Positions 55,401 through 64,000 of a DNA stretch of 64,000 nucleotides are shown one piece after another. The DNA comes from Eledone cirrhosa (lineage: Eukaryota). The position numbers and the translations under genes were made by a program. Location of the stretch: contig OZ024744.1 in assembly GCA_964016885.1 (NCBI GenBank), positions 12,400,001 to 12,464,000 on the forward strand, read 5' to 3'. Below the pieces are notes generated by a model that was given only the letters and a program-made list of their open reading frames with translations, did not search any database and was not told the DNA's origin. The first letter of the stretch is position 1. The number at the start of each line of letters is the position of its first letter.

Positions 55401-58400
55401 ACATGACAGTAGTGTAGGTGGTAGTAGTGGTGTCATGATAGTAGTGTAGGTGGTAGTAGTGGTGTGATAACAGTAGTGTAGTTGGTAGTAGTGGTGACAT
55501 GACAATAGTATAGGTGGTAGTAGTGGTGCATGACAGTAGTGTAGGTGGGAGTAGTGGTGACATGACAGTAGTGTAGGTGGTATTAGTGGTTTCGTGACAA
55601 TAGTGTAGGTGGTAGTAGTGGTGAAATGACAGTAGTATAGGTGGTAGTAGTGGTGACATCACAGTAGTGTAGGTAGTAGTGGTGGCAAAACAGTAGTGTA
55701 GGTGGTAGTAGTGGTGACATGACAGTAGTGTAGGTGGTAGTAGTGGTTACATGACAGTAGTGTAGGTGGTAGGAGTGGTGTCATGATAGTAGTGTAGGTG
55801 GTAGTAGTGGTGTGATAACAGTAGTGTAGGTGGTAGTAGGGTGACATGACAGTAGTGTAGGTGGTAGTAGGGTGACATGACAGTAGTGTAGGTGGTAGTA
55901 GTGGTGTCATGACAATAGTGTAAGTGGTAGTAGTGGTGCCAGGACAGTAGTGTAGGTGGTAGTAGTGGTGACATGACAGTAGAGTAGGTGGTAGTAGTGG
56001 TATCATGACAGTAGTGTAGGTAGTAGTAGTGGTGACATAACAGTAGTGTAGGTGGTAGTAGTGGTGACATGACAGTGGTGTAGGTGGTAGTAGTGGTGAC
56101 ATGACAGTAGTGTAGGTGGTAGTACTGGTGACATAACAGTAGTGTAGGTGGTAGTAGTGGTGACATGACAGTAGTGTAGGTGGTAGTAGTGGTGACATGA
56201 CAGTAATGTAGGTGGTAGTAGTGGTGTGATAACAGTAGTGTAGGTGTTAGTAGTGGTGTCGTGACAGTAGTTTATATGGTAGTAGAGGTGATATGACAGT
56301 GGTGTAGGTGGTAGTAGTGGTGTGATAACAGTAGTGTAGGTGGTAGTAGTGGTGTCATGACAATAGTGTAGGTGGTGGTAGTGGTGACATGACAGTAGTG
56401 TAGGTGGTAGTAGTGGTGACTTGACAGTAGGGTAGGTGGTAGTAGGGTGACATGACAGTAGTGTAGGTGGTAGTAGTGGTGTCATGACAAAAGTGTAGGT
56501 GTTAGTAGTGGGGAGATGACAGTAGTGTAGGTGGTAGTAGTGGTGACATGACAATAGTGTAGGTAGTAGTAGTGGTGATATAAAAGTAGTGTAGGTTGTA
56601 GTAGTGGTGACAAGTCAGTGGTGTAGGTGGTAGTAGTGGTGACATAACAGAAGTGTAGGTGGTAGTAGTGGTGTCATGACAGTATTGTAGGTGGTAGTAG
56701 CGGTGTCATGACAGTAGTGTAGGTGGTAGTAGCGGTGTCATGACAGTAGTGTAGGTGGTAGTAGTGGTGACATGACAGTAGTGTAGGTGGTAGTAGTGGT
56801 ATCATGTCAGTAGTGTAGTTAGTAGTAGCGGTGACATAATAGTAGTGTAGGTGGTAGTAGTGGTGTCATGACAGTAGTGTAGGTGGTAGTAGTGGTGACA
56901 TAACAGTGGTGTAGGTGTTAGTAGTGTTTACATGACAGTAGTGTAGGTGGTAGTAGTGGTGACATGACAGTAATGTAGGTGGTAAAGGTGGTGACATGAC
57001 AGTAGTGTAGGTGGTAGTATTGGTGACATGACAGTAGTGTAGGTGGTAGTACGGTGATATGACAGTAGTGTAGGTGGTAGTAGTGGTGTCATGTCAATAG
57101 TGTAGGTGGTAGTAGTGGTGTCATGACAGAAGTGTAGGTTGTAGTAGTGGTGACATGACAGTAGTGTAGCTGGTAGTAGTGTTATCATGACAGTAGTGTA
57201 GGTAGTAGTAGTGGTGACATAACAGTAGTGTAGGTGGTAATAGTGGTGACATGACAGTGGTGTAGGTGGTAGTAGTGGTGACATGACCGTAGTGTAGGTG
57301 GTAGTAGTGGTGACATGACAGTAGTGTAGGTGGTAGTAGTGGTGTCATGACAGTAGTGTAGGTGGTAGTAGTGGTAACATGACAGTAGTGTAGGTGGTAG
57401 TAGTGGTGACATGACAGTAGTGTAGGTGGTAGTAGTGGTGTCATGACAGTAGTGTAGGTGGTAGTAGTGGTGACATGACAGTAGTGTAGGTGGGAGTAGT
57501 GGTGACATGACAGTAGTGTATGTGGTAGTAGGGTGACATGACAGTTGTGTAGGTGGTAGTAGTGGTGTCATGACAATAGTGTAGGTGGTGGTAGTGGTGA
57601 CATGACAGTAGTGTAGGTGGTAGTAGTGGTGACTTGACAGTAGTGTAGGTGGTAGTAAGGTGACATGACAGTAGTGTAGGTGGAAGTAGGGTGACATGAC
57701 AGTAGTGTAGGTGGTAGTAGTGGTGTCATGACAGTAGTGTAGGTGGTAGTAGAGGTGACATGACAGTAGTGCAGGTCGTAGTAGTGGTGTCATGACAGTA
57801 GTGTAGGTGGTAGTAGTGGTGACATGACAGTAGTGTAGGTGGTAGTAGTGGTGTCATGACAGTAGGGTAGGTGGTAGTAGTGTTTACATGACAGTAATAT
57901 AGGTGGTAAAGGTGGTGACATGACAGTAGTGTAGGTGGTAGTAGTGGTGTCATGACAGTAGTGTAGGTGGTAGTAGTGGTGACATGACACTAGTGTAGGT
58001 GGTAGTAGGGTGACATGACAGTTGTGTAGCTGTTACTAGAGGTGTCATGACAATTGTGTAGGTGGTAGTATTGGTGAAACGACAGTAGTATAGGTGGTAG
58101 TAGTGGTGTCATGACAGTAGTGTAGGTGGTAGTAGAGGTGACATGACAGTAGTGTAGGTAGTAGTGGTGGCATGACAGTAGCGTAAGTGGTTGTAGTGGT
58201 GACATGACAGTAGTGTAGGTGGTAGTAGTGGTGACATAACAGTAGTGTAGGTAGTAGTAGTGGTGACATGACAGTAGTGTAGGTGGCAGTAGTGGTGACA
58301 TGACAGTAGTGTAGGTGGTAGTAGTGGTGTCATGATAGTAGTGTAGGTGGTAGTAGTGGCGTGATAACAGTAGTGTAGGTGGTAGTAGTGGTGACATAAC

Positions 58401-61400
58401 AATAGTGTAGGTGGTAGTAGTGGTGCATGACAGTAGTGTAGGTGGGAATAGTGGTGACATGACAGTAGTGTAGGTGGTAGTAGGGTGACATGACAATTGT
58501 GTAGGTGGTATTAGTGGTTTCGTGACAATAGTGTAGGTGGTAGTAGTGGTGAAATGACAGTAGTATAGGTGGTAGTAGTGGTGACATCAGAGTAGTGTAG
58601 GTAGTAGTGGTGGCAAAACAGTAGTGTAGGTGGTAGTAGTGGTGACATGACAGTAGTGTAGGTGGTAGTAGTGGTTACATGACAGTAGTGTAGGTGGTAG
58701 GAGTGGTGTCATGATAGTAGTGTAGGTGGTAGTAGTGGTGTGATAACAGTAGTGCAGGTGGTAGTAGGGTGACATGACAGTAGTGTAGGTGGTAGTAGGG
58801 TGACATGACAGTAGTGTAGGTGGTAGTAGTGGTGTCATGACAATAGTGTAAGTGGTAGTAGTGGTGCCAGGACAGTAGTGTAGGTGGTAGTAGTGGTGAC
58901 ATGACAGTAGAGTAGGTGGTAGTAGTGGTATCATGACAGTAGTGTAGGTAGTATTAGTGGTGACATAACAGTAGTGTAGGTGGTAGTAGTGGTGACATGA
59001 CAGTAGTGTAGGTGGTAGTAGTGGTGACATGACAGTAGTGTAGGTGGTAGTAGTGGTGACATAACAGTAGTGTAGGTGGTAGTAGTGGTGACATGACAGT
59101 AGTGTAGGTGGTAGTAGTGGTGACATGACAGTAATGTAGGTGGTAGTAGTGGTGTGATAACAGTAGTGTAGGTGTTAGTAGTGGTGTCATGACAATAGTG
59201 TAGGTGTTGGTAGTGGTGACATGACAGTAGTGTAGGTGGTAGTAGTGGTGACTTGACAATAGGGTAGGTGGTAGTAGGGTGACATGACAGTAGTGTAGGT
59301 GGTAGTAGTGGTGTCATGACAAAAGTGTAGGTGGTAGTAGTGGGGAGATGACAGTAGTGTAGGTGGTAGTAGTGGTGACATGACAATAGTGTAGGTAGTA
59401 GTAGTGGTGATATAAAAGTAGTGTAGGTTGTAGTAGCGGTGACAAGTCAGTGGTGTAGGTGGTAGTAGTGGTGACATAACAGAAGTGTAGGTGGTAGTAG
59501 TGGTGTCATGACAGTAGTGTAGGTGGTAGTAGCGGTGTCATGACAGTAGTGTAGGTGGTAGTAGCGGTGTCATGACAGTAGTGTAGATGGTAGTAGTGGT
59601 GACATGACAGTAGTGTAGGTGGTAGTAGTGGTATCATGTCAGTAGTGTAGTTAGTAGTAGCGGTGACATAATAGTAGTGTAGGTGGTAGTAGTGGTGTCA
59701 TGACAGTAGTGTAGGTGGTAGTAGTGGTGACATAACAGTGGTGTAGGTGTTAGTAGTGTTTACATGACAGTAGTGTAGGTGGTAGTAGTGGTGACATGAC
59801 AGTAATGTAGATGGTAAAGGTGGTGACATGACAGTAGTGTAGGTGGTAGTATTGGTGACATGACAGTAGTGTAGGTGGTAATACGGTGATATGACAGTAG
59901 TGTAGGTGGTAGTAGTGGTGTCATGTCAATAGTGTAGGTGGTAGTAGTGGTGTCATGACAGAAGTGTAGGTGGTAGTAGTGGTGACATGACAGTAGTGTA
60001 GCTGGTAGTAGTGTTATCATGACAGTAGTGTAGGTAGTAGTAGTGGTGACATAAGAGTAGTGTAGGTGGTAATAGTGGTGACATGACAGTGGTGTAGGTG
60101 GTAGTAGTGGTGACATGACCGTAGTGTAGGTGGTAGTAGTGGTGTCATGACAGTAGTGTAGGTGGTAGTAGTGGTAACATGACAGTAGTGTAGGTGGTAG
60201 TAGTGGTGACATGACAGTAGTGTAGGTGGTAGTAGTGGTGTGATAACAGTAGTGTAGGTGGTGGTAGTGGTGACATGACAGTAGTGTAGGTGGGAGTAGA
60301 GTGACATGACAGTAGTGTAGGTGGTAGTAGTGGTGACATAACAGTAGTGTAGGTGGTAGTAGTGGTGACATGACAGTAGTGTAGGTGGTAGTAGGGTGAC
60401 ATGACAGTAGTGTAGGTGGTAGTAGTGGTGTCATGACAGTAGTGTAGGTGGTAGTAGTGGTGTCATGACAGTAGTGTAGGTGGTAGTAGTGGTGACATGA
60501 CAGTAGTGTAGGTGGGAGTAGTGGTGACATGACAGTAGTGTATGTGGTAGTAGGGTGACATGACAGTTGTGTAGGTGGTAGTAGTGGTGTCATGACAATA
60601 GTGTAGGTGGTGGTAGTGGTGACATGACAGTAGTGTAGGTGGTAGTAGTGGTGACTTGACAGTAGTGTAGGTGGTAGTAGAGGTGACATGACAGTAGTGT
60701 AGGTCGTAGTAGTGGTGTCATGACAGTAGTGTAGGTGGTAGTAGTGGTGACATGACAGTAGTGTAGGTGGTAGTAGTGGTGTCATGACAGTAGGGTAGGT
60801 GGTAGTAGTGTTTACATGACAGTAATGTAGGTGGTAAAGGTGGTGACTTGACAGTAGTGTAGGTGGTAGTGGTGGTGTCATGACAGTAGTGTAGGTGGTA
60901 GTAGTGGTGACATGACACTAGTGTAGATGGTAGTAGGGTGACATGACAGTTGTGTAGCTGTTACTAGTGGTGTCATGACAATAGTGTAGGTGGTAGTATT
61001 GGTGAAATGACAGTAGTATAGGTGGTAGTAGTGGTGTCATGACAGTAGTGTAGGTGGTAGTAGAGGTGACATGACAGTAGTGTAGGTAGTAGTGGTGGCA
61101 TGACAGTAGCGTAAGTGGTTGTAGTGGTGACATGACAGTAGTGTAGGTGGTAGTAGTGGTGACATAACAGTAGTGTAGGTGGTAGTAGTGGTGACATGAC
61201 AGTAGTGTAGGTGGTAGTAGTGGTGACATGACAGTAGTGTAGGTGGTAGTAGTGGTGTCATGATAGTAGTGTAGGTGGTAGTAGTGGTGTGATAACAGTA
61301 GTGTAGGTGGTAGTAGTAGTGACATGACAATAGTGTAGGTGGTAGTAGTGGTGCATGACAGTAGTGTAGGTGGGAGTAGTGGTGACATGACAGAAGTGTA

Positions 61401-64000
61401 GGTGGTAGTAGGGTGACATGACAGTTGTGTAGGTGGTAGTAGTGGTGACATCACAGTAGTGTAGGTAGTAGTGGTGGCAAAACAGTAGTGTAGGTGGTAG
61501 TAGTGGTGACATAACAGTAGTGTAGGTGGTAGTAGTGGTTACATGACAGTAGTGTAGGTGGTAGTAGTGGTGTCATGATAGTAGTGTAGGTGGTAGTAGT
61601 GGTGTGATAACAGTAGTGTAGGTGGTAGTAGGGTGACATGACAGTAGTGTAGGTGGTAGTAGGGTGACATGACAGTAGTGTAGGTGGTAGTAGTGGTGTC
61701 ATGACAATAGTGTAGGTGGTAGTAGTGGTGCCAGGACAGTAGTGTAGGTGGTAGTAGTGGTGACATGACAGTAGAGTAGGTGGTAGTAGTGGTATCATGA
61801 CAGTAGTGTAGGTAGTAGTAGTGGTGACATAACAGTAGTGTAGGTGGTAGTAGTGGTGACATGACAGTGGTGTAGGTGGTAGTTGTGGTGACATGACAGT
61901 AGTGTAGGTGGTAGTAGTGGTGACATAACAGTAGTGTAGGTGGTAGTAGTGGTAACATGACATTAGCGTAGGTAGTAGTAATGGTATCATGACAGTAGTG
62001 TAGGTGGAAGTAGTGGTGTGATAACAGTAGTGTAGGTGGTAGTAGTGGTGCCATGACAGTAGTTTATGTGGTAGTAGAGGTGACATGACAGTGGTGTAGG
62101 TTGTGCTAGAGGTGTTATGACAATAGTGTAGGTGGTGGTAGTGGTGACATGACAGTAGTGTAGGTGGTAGGAGTGGTGACATGACAGTAGGGAAGGTGGT
62201 AGTAGGGTCACATGACAGTAGTGTAGGTGGTAGTAGTGGTGTCATGACAAATGTGTAGGTGGTAGTAGTGGTGACTTCACAGTAGTGTAGGTGGTAGTAG
62301 TGGTGACATAACAATAGTGTAGGTAGTAGTAGTGGTGATATAAAAGTAGTGTAGGTTGTAGTAGTGGTGACAAATCAGTAGTGTAGGTGGTAGTAGTGGT
62401 GACATAACAGAAGTGTAGGTGGTAGTAGTGGTATCATGACAGTAGTCTAGGTAGTAGTAGCGGTTACATAACAGTAGTGTAGGTGGTAGTAGTGCTGTCA
62501 TGACAGAAGTGTAGGGTGTAGTAGTGGTGCCATAACAGTAGTGTAGGTGTTAGTAGTGTTTACATGACAGTAGTGTAGGTGGTAGTAGTGGTGACATGAC
62601 AGTAGTGTAGGTGGTAGTAGTGGTGACATGACAGTAATGTAGGTGGTAAAGGTGGTGACATGACAGTAGTGTATGTGGTAGTATTGGTGACATGACAGTA
62701 GTGTAGGTGGTAGTACGGTGACATGACAGTAGTGTAGGTGGTAGTAGTGGTGACATGACAATAGTGTAGGTGGTAGTAGTGGTGTCATGTCAATAGTGTA
62801 GGTGGTAGTAGTGGTGTCATGACAGAAGTGTAGGTGGTAGTAGTGGTGACATGACAGTAGTGTAGCTGGTAGTAGTGTTATCATGACAGTAGTGTAGGTA
62901 GTAGTAGTGGTGACATAAGAGTAGTGTAGGTGGTAATAGTGGTGACATGACAGTGGTGTAGGTGGTAGTAGTGGTGACATGACCGTAGTGTAGGTGGTAG
63001 TAGTGGTGTCATGACAGTAGTGTAGGTGGTAGTAGTGGTAACATGACAGTAGTGTAGGTGGTAGTAGTGGTGACATGACAGTAGTGTAGGTGGTAGTAGT
63101 GGTGTGATAACAGTAGTGTAGGTGGTGGTAGTGGTGACATGACAGTAGTGTAGGTGGGAGTAGAGTGACATGACAGTAGTGTAGGTGGTAGTAGTGGTGA
63201 CATAACAGTAGTGTAGGTGGTAGTAGTGGTGACATGACAGTAGTGTAGGTGGTAGTAGGGTGACATGACAGTAGTGTAGGTGGTAGTAGTGGTGTCATGA
63301 CAGTAGTGTAGGTGGTAGTAGTGGTGTCATGACAGTAGTGTAGGTGGTAGTAGTGGTGACATGACAGTAGTGTAGGTGGGAGTAGTGGTGACATGACAGT
63401 AGTGTATGTGGTAGTAGGGTGACATGACAGTTGTGTAGGTGGTAGTAGTGGTGTCATGACAATAGTGTAGGTGGTGGTAGTGGTGACATGACAGTAGTGT
63501 AGGTGGTAGTAGTGGTGACTTGACAGTAGTGTAGGTGGTAGTAGAGGTGACATGACAGTAGTGTAGGTCGTAGTAGTGGTGTCATGACAGTAGTGTAGGT
63601 GGTAGTAGTGGTGACATGACAGTAGTGTAGGTGGTAGTAGTGGTGTCATGACAGTAGGGTAGGTGGTAGTAGTGTTTACATGACAGTAATGTAGGTGGTA
63701 AAGGTGGTGACTTGACAGTAGTGTAGGTGGTAGTAGTGGTGTCATGACAGTAGTGTAGGTGGTAGTAGTGGTGACATGACACTAGTGTAGATGGTAGTAG
63801 GGTGACATGACAGTTGTGTAGCTGTTACTAGTGGTGTCATGACAATAGTGTAGGTGGTAGTATTGGTGAAATGACAGTAGTATAGGTGGTAGTAGTGGTG
63901 TCATGACAGTAGTGTAGGTGGTAGTAGAGGTGACATGACAGTAGTGTAGGTAGTAGTGGTGGCATGACAGTAGCGTAAGTGGTTGTAGTGGTGACATGAC
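52500..64000 (+). repeat. ~2.9-kb higher-order repeat (~90 monomers), about 4 units, offsets 2832-3023 bp
   Basis: gctgttacta at 58029/60957/63821 (2928, 2864); ggggagatgac near 53487/56510/59342; gatataaaag at 53554/56577/59409/62337. Identical ORF-track peptides occur at 60017/62881 and 60145/63009. Confidence 0.88.

Larger units (their letters stand above)
131..64000 (+). repeat. Long tandem satellite/minisatellite array, 32-bp monomer GACATGACAGTAGTGTAGGTGGTAGTAGTGGT, ~2,000 copies, running off the right edge
   Basis: Continuous 32-bp periodicity is visible throughout in a single orientation. Common length variants are 31 bp (…GTAGTAGGGT…) and 29 bp (…GTGTAGGTAGTAGTGGT…). The ORF track shows the expected 32-aa cyclic repeat MSPLLPPTLLSCHHYYHLHYCHVTTTTTYTTV (3 monomers = 96 nt). 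Confidence 0.99.

Noticed and set aside
181-63997. Hundreds of minus-strand ORFs resembling mucin-like or His-rich metal-binding proteins
   Set aside because: They overlap in all three frames with the same peptide, the unit length is not a multiple of 3, frameshifting 31-bp monomers are common, and there is no unique domain, signal peptide or gene context.
131-64000. CRISPR array (32-bp repeat with a palindromic core, AT-rich leader-like segment at 51-130)
   Set aside because: The repeats abut directly with no unique spacers, and there are no cas genes.
131-64000. CACTA transposon termini (CACTAC twice per monomer on the minus strand)
   Set aside because: There is no inverted partner, target-site duplication or transposase. 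The motif is just the complement of GTAGTG.
131-64000. Strong G-quadruplex array or Chi-like recombination hotspot
   Set aside because: The consensus has only three GG doublets per monomer with a long loop and no GGG runs. GGTGG is only a partial match to Chi (GCTGGTGG).

Overview
Almost the whole window (about 131-64000) is one head-to-tail tandem array of a 32-bp monomer, consensus GACATGACAGTAGTGTAGGTGGTAGTAGTGGT, with roughly 2,000 copies estimated from length. All copies face the same way and the + strand is strongly G/T-rich (consensus 13 G vs 2 C, no CpG). The only non-repeat DNA is an ~80-bp AT-rich island at 51-130. I see no credible protein-coding gene, RNA gene, CRISPR array or transposon. 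The hundreds of minus-strand His/Thr/Pro/Leu-rich ORFs arise because the C-rich strand of the consensus monomer has no stop codon in any frame. The interesting signal is architectural. A limited set of monomer variants recurs in fixed order and forms nested higher-order repeats (HORs) and recent tandem duplications (offsets 668, 1149, 1274, 1492, 1590, 1717, 1845, 2864, 2928, 3165-3321 bp). Two domains carry different diagnostic variants and switch at about 34.4-35.3 kb. The right domain has one TATAAAAG variant per ~3-kb unit. The DNA looks like eukaryotic satellite/minisatellite, but the organism and chromosomal location cannot be determined from this window. Coordinates and counts were read by eye.
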